Source of the DNA: Octopus sinensis
Taxonomy: Eukaryota
Direction of reading: 5' to 3'
Assembly (NCBI RefSeq): GCF_006345805.1
Contig: NC_042998.1
Coordinates: 99,882,001 to 99,946,000, forward strand
DNA: 64,000 nt
Each line of letters opens with the position of its first letter. Within the stretch, counting starts at the first letter, position 1. Below are positions 24,939-38,254 of the stretch, piece after piece. The translations under genes were made by a program, and so were the position numbers. The notes below the pieces were generated by a model, which made no database searches, was not told where the DNA came from, and saw nothing but the letters and a program-made list of their open reading frames with translations.

Positions 24939-26579
24939 TGTGTGTGTGCATGCTTGTGTGTGTGCACATATTAGAGTGTGTATTCTCTGAACATCAATGC
25001 TTATTCCTTAGTCAGTTCTATACTCTGCAAGAGATCATGATTCCAGTCCCACGTTGAGGAAATTTGAGCAAGCATCTTTTATGCAAGAGATCCTGATTCA
25101 GACCTCCATTGTGGCACTTTGAGCGAGCATCTTTTTACCATAGCCCCAGAATGACCCAGTCTTTGTGAGTGAAATTAAACAGAAGTTGTCACATGGACTG
25201 TACTTGTAATTCAAGTGTCCAGTTTTACCAAATACTGTATTGCACTGAGTTTGTCACAAACTTTGCTGAATGTTGTGCCATGCTGAGTCAGCCTGTAGAT
25301 TGCATTAAGAGTGAAACACTCTGCCGATTAGTTACAAACACAGTGAGAATTTAGTTCAATTGATCCTCATCAAAATTGATAACAGTTTCTTTCACTTCCT
25401 TTCTGTGTGTGTGTGTGTAGAACACATCTGAAATACCTGTAGTGAACCTCAGCCCATCTGTGTTATTGTTTATACTTCACCACATTCAGAATCTTCTCTG
25501 CATTGGCTCTTGAGCATACAGTGGACTGTGGAATATGTGCTGGAGTGTATTCCTATGTGACTTCATGTATAAGTTGTGCTTTGGTCAGTACTTGTGAATG
25601 TACGCATAAGTGGAAGGAGAAATCCATATTTACTTCAGTAAGTATGTGACTGTCCATACACTCTGCTAGTGCATAGGCGCACTATTCCAGACTCCACCTG
25701 GGTGTCTTTGTTATTAAATACCTTGATTCTATTAGATCCTGCAAATTATATATATATATATGCATATATATATGCACACACACACATACATATGTGTGTG
25801 TATGTATAGATAGATAGATGGATAAATGGATGGTTGGATATACATGTGCATGTGTGAGTATGTGTATGTGTAGGTATGTGTAGGGGTGCATATTAATACA
25901 TATGTGTATATGAATTAATCATCATCATCATCTGAATTAATATTTATACAATATAATATTACACATCCATTTCGGACAATTTTACAAATTGGTTGTGTAC
26001 ATGAGAGTTAGGGAAAGCCTATCTTGACTAAACCCTTTTGATGAGTGCCAAAATTGGTTTCCTTATACTTTCATGTACAAAATCAATTGGCAAAATCAGC
26101 TGAAATGGATCTATAATACTGTATTACATAAATGTTGGTTTCAAATTTTGGCACAAGGCCAACAATTAGTTGATTATCTTGATCCTAGAGCTCAACTGCT
26201 ACTCCTTTTATTGACCCTGAAATGATTAAAGGCAAAGTCAGCTTTGATGGAATTTGAACTCAGAATGTGAAGATGGACAAAACACCTCAAAGTATTTTGC
26301 CTAGCATGCTAATGATTCTGCCAGCTCACCACCTTGTTTCTTATAAATATTAATATACCTACTAAGATGGTGAGCTTATAGAATCATAAGCATACCAGGC
26401 AACCAGTTGAGCACTGGGGTCGATGTAATCAACTTGCCTCCTCCTCTAAAATAGCTGGCCTTGAGCCAAAATTTCAAACCTCTATTAATATACCTACTCT
26501 ATTGACAAATATATGCACACCTGTTTTTTCTTAGTCATGGATTATTTAAACAAGTATGTGTATATATATATGATGATGA

Positions 26580-26618
<39 letters not shown>

Positions 26619-27103
26619 GAATCACAATGAAAGGGGAAAAATACTCAATACTGTTAAGTAGAGTGGAATAACATAAATTCAGTGTGGAGTTTATATAAGT
26701 CACTATTTGGTGTTTCATGTCCCCAATATTCAGTTAACTGATGATCAAGAATCAGAAATTTTGAATAGCAAATCATGCAGATTCAGTTTTAAATAAATAT
26801 CTTATGTATATATATATATATAAATATATGTATAAGTGCGTATACTATTCTTCTTCAGCAAACCTTCATCCGATATCATATTCCAAGAAATTCCTAAAGA
26901 TTTATTACTAATCGATGGTGAGCCACTGTTTCTCAGAGTCTATATCTCTGTTACTTCAATGCACCCTCTGAGAACATATCTTCATACACATATCAAGATA
27001 TTACAATTACAAGAAGATGATGGTGTGAAATATTTAAAGGTCAGTATTTTGGTTCTCATATTTCTTCTAACAAGCCATCATCATCATCATCATCATCATC
27101 ATC

Positions 27104-27147
<44 letters not shown>

Positions 27148-29253
27148 TTAATGTCTATTTTCCATTCTGGCATATGTTGGATAGTTTGGCTAGAGCTGGT
27201 AAGCTAGAAAAGTGCTTTGAATTCCAGTCATGTGTTTTGGATTGGTTTCTGGAGCTGGAATCCCATCCCAAACCAACCACTTTACAGAGTGTACTGGATG
27301 CATTTTTACATGGCTCCAGCATAGGAGCTTTATACATGGCACTGGCACAGATGCTTTTTATCATTAAATTAGAATATAAAATATCAGGATGTCCCTTGCA
27401 AACAAAAATAAAACTTTCCTTCTTCTAAGCAGTTAAATTAACTTTGAGAAATTACTTATTTTTTGCAAATTATTTTCCCTTTTCTTTAAGTAGGGTTAAC
27501 AATTGTCATTTAGTTTATCCTTTCATTTTCCTACTAAAAGAGAAATATCAGTTTGTTTGTTTTTTTTCAGTACATCACTTAGTTTATTTATCTATATGTA
27601 TATCCTCGGCCCATTTGAGTTATTTCCCTTAGCTCATTTTATAGTTTTCAATTATAAAAACTTGTTTATGTTGTTGTTTAGTTAGGTCAACCATGATCCT
27701 ATAGACATTTGATCAAAGTTATATTAACTACGAACATTTTGTCTTTCCAGATTACATTTTCTTTTAGGGTGGTAGGGTGTGAGTTGAGAGCAATTTGATT
27801 GTTATTTCATGTATATTGAGTGACCACATAGAGACTCTGTTGATTGTCAGCATAGACAGCCATAGCTACTTCCATCTTAATGACTTTAGCCTGAAAGACT
27901 AAAGGATTGACTATTTGAAATCATCATTTCTGTGTTACTGACCAAGACACACTATTCTCACTGATCCAATTCACCTTACCACAAATCTAAGTAATGAAAC
28001 AGTTGAGCAGATGAAGTTTTACACTTCCTGCACACGAATCATGATTTCAAATCTCTCTTGCAGGTAAAATCTCCCAGGTTATCTGGTGGTTAAAGGTTTC
28101 TTACAATAAATTAATATAACGTCCAAGGAAATATTTATCTCTTCTCTGTTTCATATAATAAAAAATCTGAGTTAAGCATTTGTCTTGAAAATATCTTGAC
28201 GTCTTAAAAGATTTAGAGCTAAGGACCATTGAAGTGGTGGTTACACGTTGCTCATTTTAGACTGCAATTGTTATGTAGTAGATGTGTTTTCATTGTGTAG
28301 TTTAACATAAGTAAAACTTGAAACTCTTTTCAAAACAAAGGGCCAAAATAGGATTCCTTTGAATGATCTCTAGAACAACATTACTTGACAGGGTGTGTAG
28401 CTCAGAAATCAAAGAGTCTCTTCAGGTTAAGCCACTATTTCTCCACCCTGGGAAGTCACAGTTCCTGTACTATGAACGTGCAATGAAAATAAATGTCACA
28501 GGGAGGAATCACATGACAGTTTTTTCAAGCTGAGCCAACTAGCAGCAGACCTAGAGATAAACCAAAAATGATATGGTCAGATAATATCCATAATCTCATT
28601 TGGTCACACTTGAGAGTCCAGTAAGAAAATATTGGTTGTTTCTGATAGAACTCTATGGAAAAGGTCCCTGACAACTCTACCCCCAATGAGCCTCTTAGAA
28701 ATAGAGGGCTGAGAAAATGGATAGGTGGACGTTTTTAAAGCACAAGATTCCTCGGGGCCATTGATTGTCTCTGATATCTGTAACGTTATGTGGATGTGAG
28801 ATAAACCTTATGATAGAAACAATACTGTTTCACTAACAAAAAAAAAACAAAAAAATTAAAGCCACCAAAATACTCATTATTTTTCACGTTACTACTGCTA
28901 ACTGCAATAACACTGTGTATTGTATTGCTTGTAATTCCAATTTAGGACTAAATGAACTCAACTGGATCAATCTTACCTGTCTTCAACATTAACCTTATCC
29001 AATATCACAAGTCTTGGATAACCTGTGAAGTTCAAGGACATTACTCTTCCCTCCTGACTGAATCATTAAAAACAACCAATGGTCACAAATTATTGTATCA
29101 CTTATAACAGTAACTGAACCACTGATCCCTAGACTATTTCCTCTTGGCTATCTGTGATTCTACAGCAAGAAATATCTACCTTGTAACTTATCCAAAACTA
29201 TAAAGTATTTTATCAACGGAAAAGCCATAAATTTATGGGGGACAGATATGTGT

Positions 29254-29303
<50 letters not shown>

Positions 29304-30611
29304 ATAAATATATACATAAATACATACATTCATACATATAATCAAAAATAATAACTGCTACTTATTTTATCAACCTTATACCATAGGAAGGAGATGAATG
29401 ACATATAAAATAATACTATTTTCCCGACTTCATATTTTACCACAATACTTCCTACTCTTTAGCATATTTTCTTTTTTTAATATGTTTTACTTATGTACTT
29501 TTGAGAGTAGTAAGTTTAACTAGATGATGATGATGATAATGATGAGATGACCTACTATTTTCTCATAATTTCTATTCTTGATGCTAATATTAGAAATTAA
29601 CATGAAATATATCATATTAAGGACCTATTTTATTATTTCCATCTTACATTCATTTAAATGTCAGCCTGAGGAGAGAAGTTCTAGAGATTGTGAATTTCTT
29701 TTATGGTTGGATACTTAATCCAATGTACTTTGTCGAACTATTTAATAACTGAGAGTTTGGTTCTGCTGACCTCTAATTTATAAAGTTCAGTATTTAAAAT
29801 GCTTATGCTAATTGCCATCAAATAAAAATATTTTACATAATATTCAAATAAAGCAATTAAATACATCTTTGTGTCGTGAGAGGGTCACTAGGCCAATAAT
29901 AAACACATGTACAGGTTATATTTCACTTCTTTTGTTATTATTAGTCAATTAGTTAACCATTTAACCTATTAACTAATCCTTTGTTTGATTAATCATTCAG
30001 TCAATCAATCAGTTAAGTTTGTTATAATCCTTCTGATGTCATTCCTGGTCTCTTCAATGGCATCCATCTCCACTCCAGGTCTATATAGTATCATTTATGA
30101 ATCCACAAGTATATGCATACCACCTTACACATGCATCTTCACATTAAATTGGTCAATGAATATAGTGTAAATCAGATACCGTGGCAGACATGCTAATCTG
30201 CTCCTATCACCACTACCCCTTCAAACAAAAATTTATAAACCCATACGTTAGTAAAAATACATTGGTATGAGTGTTAGGATAGTAAATATACTTCAATGTG
30301 TTAATAATCCTACATGTATGCTTACATGCTCTGCATATGCATGTGTGAAGTGTAGTACGTTTGAAGATAAATTTCTTCTTCTCTTGAGTTATTAAAATGA
30401 AAGATGAAGGGGATCATTAAATTGTAATTTGATCTGTGCTTTCTCCAAAATAAGTAAACCAAATAGATTTGAATGTCCATACTAACATACACTCAGTCCA
30501 TTCACAAAGAAAAATATATTAATCATAAAATAAATGTTTCTAAAATAAATAGATGTTTAACAACCCACACTGCTCTCAGAACTTACATTCTACATATACA
30601 TGAATATGCAT

Positions 30612-30655
<44 letters not shown>

Positions 30656-31691
30656 AGACATTCTCACTTGCATCCCCATAAATATATATAGAATCTGTAA
30701 GCTAGGAGACAGACACATCTGAAGTAGAGAGGAATGTCATTAATGTGGTCTTAAGAGTGAAAAGACTCTGACCAAACTAGCTGGTTAATTGACCAAATAG
30801 ATCATATAACCATCAATTAAAATGGTTGACTGGTTGACTAACAAAGAAAAAGAAGTGAAATAGAACCTGTCTGTGAGTTTATTATTGGTAAAATGACCCT
30901 TTATTATTGGCAAAATCTGTTTCAGCACACAACTTCACATCAAGAATAAAATGATAAGTAGATAAAACAATTATTTTCATGTAGCTGACTTAATTTTTTA
31001 TATACATTTCTTAAAATTCTTGTAAAGAAACCTCAAAGTTAAGATTTTTCAAAGCAGTGATATTAAAATGCAAAATTTGTGTTAATGGAAAGACGAAATA
31101 AATAAATAAATAAATAAATAAATAAATGCTAAACTAGATTAAATTTTCATTTATTATTTTTCATTTTTCTAAAATAACTTCAAAATTTTGTTGAGTATTC
31201 CTAATATATAGTTTTCAATTTTCACAAACAGATTACGAATAAAGCTGGGAAACTTTGGAATTTACTACTGAGAATTCATAACAGTTATGGACAATCATCA
31301 GCGGAAAAGTTGCTTTCTTTCTTGAAGATGGAGATTGTCTCCTTGCTGATGTTGGCTGAAACTCTCATAACTCAGTCCAATAAAGTTAAAAGTAAAAACA
31401 TTCTGTGAGTAGATTCTGTAATTTTAAAATTTTATTAGAATTTTATATGTATCCTGACTAACTGACATTGCCTTAAAAACACAATTAAAGTTATACTAAA
31501 AAAAGATTAACTTTCTTAATTGTGACTATGTAAAGTGAAGTGATAAAATAATTCTAGGTGTGAATTCTAGAAAATACTTCAGTATAACATAAAAAAATAC
31601 AGTGCCACATCAGGGATAATGAAATGGAGGCAGTAGAGGCAGCAATCGTGGTGGTTCCTTAATACTTCTGTACAGCATTTTTGTTGTGTGT

Positions 31692-31723
<32 letters not shown>

Positions 31724-34700
31724 CACAGACACACAGACAGACAGATAAACAGTCAAATAGACAGAGCATACTGAAGACATCTTTCACAAGTATTTTCTAA
31801 AAATGCAAGTATACTTAACATTATATGAATTGAAAGTTTATGATTGAAAATCTGTTATGGAAATAGATGCTGCCTAAGTCTGATTCACAGAAAAAAAAAA
31901 GGAAAAAAAAGCATAGCTGTAATATTCAGATAACAATAAGTTCATTAGGTACTGTGCTATTTTGCTGTAAACTTTCTGTAGTAACTACAAATCAATGTAA
32001 CAGTTTGACTTGACTATGAAGACATAAAACATTATGAGTTAAAGAATTACATCATTGCAGAATAATTTCAATAATTTAAGAACACACAAAACTGTTATAT
32101 TCACTTTCTGTTATATTTCTTAATAGTGCAGTCTGTTATGAAGTGTCAAAAAGTTTGCTGAAACCAGATATACTGACGCATTTCCCCTGCATCTCAAATG
32201 TTATGAGAATTTGTAATAAGTTTTAATAAATTACAAACAAGATTTTTTTCTACTTCAAACAAATACAAGCATTGAATCCTTATTTTATTGCTTTTGTAAA
32301 TGTTTAGAACAAGCATAATGTAAATTCTGTACATGCATGTATTAGATAAAATTCTGAAAAAAAAGAAGAAATGTATTCTGGAATCTAAAGAAAATTTAAT
32401 TTTACACAAAGATTCACTTGTGGAAGAAGAAGACCCAGGAAGACATGGGATGAAGTACTGAAGGCTGATCTCAAGACTGAGCCTCATGAAGGAAATGACT
32501 AAGGACTGAAATATCTGGTACATTGCTGTACTCAAGAAAACCCATCTGCCAGAGCAGAATTGATACTGGTGCTGTGCCACATAACAACCACTTGTGCTAG
32601 ATACTACATTAAAAGCATTGGTGCTGGAGCCACCCAAAAAGCACTCAGTACACTCTGTGGAGTGGTTGGTGTTAGAAAAGGCATCTAACTATAGAAACCA
32701 AGTCAGAACAGACAACGGAGCTTGGTGCAGTCCCTGGCTTACCAGCTCTGGTCAAACCATCCAACCCATGCCAGTATGGAAAATGAACGTTAAATGATAA
32801 TAATGATAATAATGATGATGATGATTCACGCTTGAATGTGTTTCTGCAGTGAAATGGTACATGCATGATGTTAAAGACTACATCAGGTATACAGAGAATC
32901 ATTTATATTTATAAATTGCAGCTGTCCAAACTGATAAGATGTCGTTAATTGCTTGAAGTATACCATGAGTAATTTCTCTAAACTTTCCTCATCTAACCCT
33001 TCATAAAAGAATGATCACTTTACTGAAGACAGAAAGTCAATCTAATACTTGCTAACACCTGTTGATAGTGCCAAAAATAACAGGGGAAAAAGAAAACCGA
33101 AAAAACTTGAGTAAATTCTGAACAGTTTCTCAGAGAACCACTTGTCTTTGATCAATTGTTATCTTGTGTTCTAAAACCAATTTTCCAAATTACAGTTTGA
33201 GAATTTGGTTCTGGCAACAGGTGAAAAAGGAAGTAAGATTTTCCTTGTAACTAGATCAAGCATGTTTGGAAGTGTGATTTTAAGACAATAAATGGGTTTA
33301 GGTGAACTATTACTTATTTTGAAATCAATATTCTTTGAACATTATCTTCTTGAATGTCAAATCAATATTCTGATGCTTGATGCTATCTCATCTAATGTTT
33401 CAGGCCATATGTCATATTTTATTATCTGTTCTTGCTTTTAAATAATAGTTACCAAACATTGTTTCCTCAAAAAGAAAAAAAAAATGTTCAAAGAAACTTC
33501 ATGACATGTGACATTGATTAACCAAAGTAGATTGCCATTCACTTTGAACCAAAAGAAATTAGCTATAAACCATCTGCTGCTTTATAATACAATCCAGGAA
33601 TATTAAAACAGCTGCATGAACAACACATTTTCTGCTACTGCTGCTACTATACATTGTATAATTGATGCTGAAGATGACCCATTTTTGTGTTCTACATAGT
33701 GACATGCAGGCCCACAGAAATTAATTCTTGTGAACAATCATCCTCAATCCCTAGAGACTGACAACAACAGAAAACCCCTCAAAGAAAACCTGTTTGATAT
33801 TTGTTAGCAGCTTGGGAAAACAAATATTTTTTTTTAATGATTATTTTCATCTATCAAAACATATTTTATAATTAGTCCTTATGAATTGTTTCAAGTAATT
33901 CAATTAATCTTTAAAATAAGGTTGTTTCTAAGGTTAAGTTACTGCTAACACATTCAATAAAAACTGACTAGAAATAATTAAATGGTTAGGAAAAAAAAAC
34001 AATATAAGTCAATGACTAATTTTATTTTAGTTGTAAGAATTTGACAAAGGTCACTTAACATTGTGGAATAAAAGAAAAGTAAAATTCATCCAATATCTCA
34101 GTTGTAACTATTCCTAATTGTGAGTGGAATATTCTAAATGAAACATTAACAGTTAACATCAAAACCATTATGACATGCATAAGACAGCAGAATACTATGA
34201 GCTAAGTATGATGTGACATTCAAACCTGACAATAGACTTCTGAGTGTCAAGAAGCCCCCTTGTAATTGTGGAATTGTAAGTTTATGAGAATAATCTTTTT
34301 AACATAAACATTACAGATGTTCTTAAGGCATTCATAAAAACATATTTCAGTATTCTGGCAATTGTCTAGATGCGTTTTGGTTAACAAGGATTTCATATGC
34401 ATATATTCATTAATGTACTTATGTAGTGGTATATTAGATATAAATAAGGCGGCGAGCTGGCAGAATCGTTTCCATGCCAGGCGAAATGTGTAGCAGTATT
34501 TCGCCTGCCATTACATTCTGAGTTCAAATTCCGCCTTGGTCAACTTTGCCTTTCATCCTTTCAGGGTCAATAAATTAAGTACCAGTTACGCACTGGAGTC
34601 GATATAATCGATTTAATCCATTTGTCTGTCCTTGTTTGTCCTCTCTGTATTTAGCCCCTTGTGGGTAGTAAAGAAATAGGTGCTTTAGATATAAACCTTG

Positions 34701-37700
34701 CCAAGTTCACTTTTTTTCACTTTTTAGAGAAGATGGACAATGGGTAAATTCTTAGGGGAGGTTCTAAAAAGAGTTGTATGCAAAGCTATGCAGTTCTAAT
34801 CCCATTAAAGATTTTACAATTACAAATCAAGAGCTGAAACCAACCACCAAGTTGCTTGAACATATATTTGATTTTATTTACAATGGATGGATAGGTGTCC
34901 TCACCTTGTTTGTTGTTACCACAATGTTTTGACTGATGTACTCTCCAGCCTTCTGGTGGAATTTCGAACCCAACCCTTTATTTGATTAACAGGGTACTCT
35001 GTGATCATTCCAAAGGTATTCTTTTTTTTGCTGATGTTATTTTTTGTTGATATTATTTCCCAAGTCCCTGCCTGGGATTGAACTCAGATTGAACTTGAGG
35101 GTTAGTAGCTTATGCTATGTGTCCGTGTGCAACTACACAGTGAATTTTGGGGCTCATAAACCTATTTTCTTATCTTTTCTTAATACTAGTTCCCATATTA
35201 CATCCATATCTGCACTAGGTCTGCTTAGGAGGTTATTGTGTCCTTGCATATGTGCTGCCTCTTTTAATTTTCGTATTTTCCAGTGGTGTTCTTTGTCTAT
35301 TATTTTAACTTCATCCCACAGGGGAAGATGGTTTCTGTTTTTCCATACATGATTGGCTATACCCAATTTTTCAATATCTCCTCATGTCACATCTTTATAA
35401 TGTTCCTCTACTCTTATTTTAAGGGGATGACATGTTTTGCCTTTGTATAACCTACCACAACTGCATGGGATGGAGTACATGCAATTTTTGGTCATATTTT
35501 TTTCTATGGGTGGTTTTACTTGGAGGAGATATTTTCAAAGTGTTGTATTACTTCTGACTACTGTCCTGATGTCATATGGACCACATAACTTTTGTATCTT
35601 TTCCAAGAGGCCTTTGATAAAGGGTAGACAGACTGTGGTCAGTTTATGGGTTTCATGCTCTCTCTTCTTCTTAATTGGAGTGGATAGTATGTTTTCTGGG
35701 TAGTTGATGCATAGTAGATTGTTTCTTAGCCTGATCATTTCTTCATGGTGTGTATCAAGATCACTACTTATAGTCTTTGCTCAATGTTTTAGGCACTGAG
35801 CAATCCCTCTCTTCATACTGTATGGATTGTGGGAATTGAAGTTGAGGTATTATCCAGTGAAGATTGGCTTGTGGTATACAGATGTCCTGAACCCTATACA
35901 CAGCATGTGTTATTAATACATCCAAGAATGCCAGCTGATTATCTTTCTCTTTTTCCATTGTGAGCTGTATGGATGGCTTTATTGATCTAGCAGCACTTGG
36001 ACATCCTCCTGGTGGGGGTCAAAGTATAAAAGTGTCATCAACATATCAAAGCCATAAGGTCGGCTTTAGTGGTGTTGATCCTAAAGCCAAATTCTCAAAG
36101 TATTCCATGTATATATTACTGGTAATAATGGCGAATCCATAGCTAAACCCTCTTCTTGTCGATATATATATCAGTATCTACTCTGAAGTAAGTTTCCTGT
36201 TGGTATACTAGTATTTCTTTTAGAGAGGTGTCTGTTGCTAATTTGTCTTGAATCATTGAGTGCATCATCAGTTAGGACTTCGGTAAACAGACTTATCACA
36301 TCTAGACTAACCATCTGATTGGATCCAGGTGGGGTATCCTTGATCAATTCTGTGAAGTGAGTGGAATTCTTCACATATGATGTTGACATACCAGCTAATG
36401 GATTAATTATATTCACAAAGAAGCAGCTCAGTGGATGACATGCCAAACCTCTACAGCTCACTATAGGTCCTTATGGAATACCATCCTTATGAATCTTAGG
36501 GAGACCATACATGTGTAGCAGCTTACTGTAGTGTTGGGTCAGTTTTCTGCACTTCATTGGTATGAAGTGATCCTTGTTCTTGATTAAGATCTGTGACAAC
36601 TTTCTCTCTGTTTTCAGAGATGGGTCTTTATTTTGCTGTAGCTATCATCACTTATGAGACTTGCCAATTTTTCAGAGTATTCAGATTTGTTCATCCCCAC
36701 TGTATCTTTGTCCTTGTCCACTGGAAGTATTGTGATGGAACTGTTAGTCTGTAATGTTTTGATAGTGAACTTTTCTTCCTTAGTGATGTTCGGTTTGGGA
36801 AGTTTCACTTTCTCTAATACCTGTCTCATTTTCCACCTTAGTTCATCTCCCTGAGCTTTTGGTGTCTTTATGGCTACCTCCATAAGGAGCTAGTATGTTC
36901 AAGTATGGACATAATAAAGGGTTGGGTTCAAAATTCCATCAGAACACCTGATGAAGACTGGAGAGTACATCAGTTGAAACGTTGTGGTAACAACAAACAA
37001 GGTGAGGACACTTATATATCCATTGTAAATAATGTACATAATTCCTCATCTCAAAGATATAGAATAATATTTGATTTTATTCCATTTTTATTTATTTCTC
37101 AGGTGTCCAAATTGCTTCCAATTGATACACATTGATCTCACTATAGATTCCAGTTTTCGACCATTCATACTTGATGTAAGTATTTATCTGTGTGTGTGTG
37201 TGTGTGTGTGCAGGCGAATGTATAGACTTAGTTTCAACTGTTTGAAAATTTTAAGTCCAGTGATATTGTATAAGAAAAAGACATAGCAGCATGATCTTTA
37301 CCAAATCTTATTTTAAATGGTTATAACAAAACCTTCCGTAATTATTTCTACAATTTTATCAGAAGGTATAAAGTTTCTTTGGGTGGGGAGCTCCTTCCCT
37401 TCTGTAAATGTTTATCTTCAATAATATGCAACATTTTCTGATATTTCAAGAAATCCTTTGCCTTAAGTACAGTGTACTCTCTGCATATCCTTTTCAAAGG
37501 ACCTGCACACATGTATGTATATCTTTCATGTGTGAGCACCTTTTCAAACTCCATCTGTGGACATGTTTACAAAGTCTGAAAACAGCACAGCTCCCATGAC
37601 TTTCAGAAACATTTTTTCACTCTAAGAGTTGTTGAAGCATGGAACAAACTGCTGGCATCAGTTGTTAGTTGTCGGAGCACTGCATCCTTCAAAACTTCCA

Positions 37701-37870
37701 TGCTTCCTGAGATTCGCCAACACTACACCTGAGTTTCTCCCATCCATACACATGCAAGCATGTATCTGACTCATACACTGTCCACTTTTCAGACATTTGT
37801 ACATTACTGCATATTCTTTATGCGAACTTTTGACAAGTTGTGATGCACCTGAGCACTGTATACAATAATT

Positions 37871-37911
<41 letters not shown>

Positions 37912-38020
37912 TCAATTATTCGTACAAAGAATGGAGCTGATTTCAAACAAAGAAAACATTAATGAAAATATGAATATGAAAAAAGCTCAACTGTTGGAAT
38001 TTTGCAAACAGCATTGTGTG

Positions 38021-38062
<42 letters not shown>

Positions 38063-38222
38063 CGTGTGTGTGTGCATTGAATGCAAGATATATTCAAGCA
38101 TAATGTACACACACTTATGTGTGTGTAAGCATCATACATGCATATATATACAAGCACACATAAATACACACTCCAACACAAACACATTCATAAATATAGA
38201 CTAGGGCACACGCGTGCACATG

Positions 38223-38254
<32 letters not shown>

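Noticed and set aside
26738-26760. CTGATGA..GAAA on the plus strand
   Set aside because: No helix II, no UH site and no helix I.
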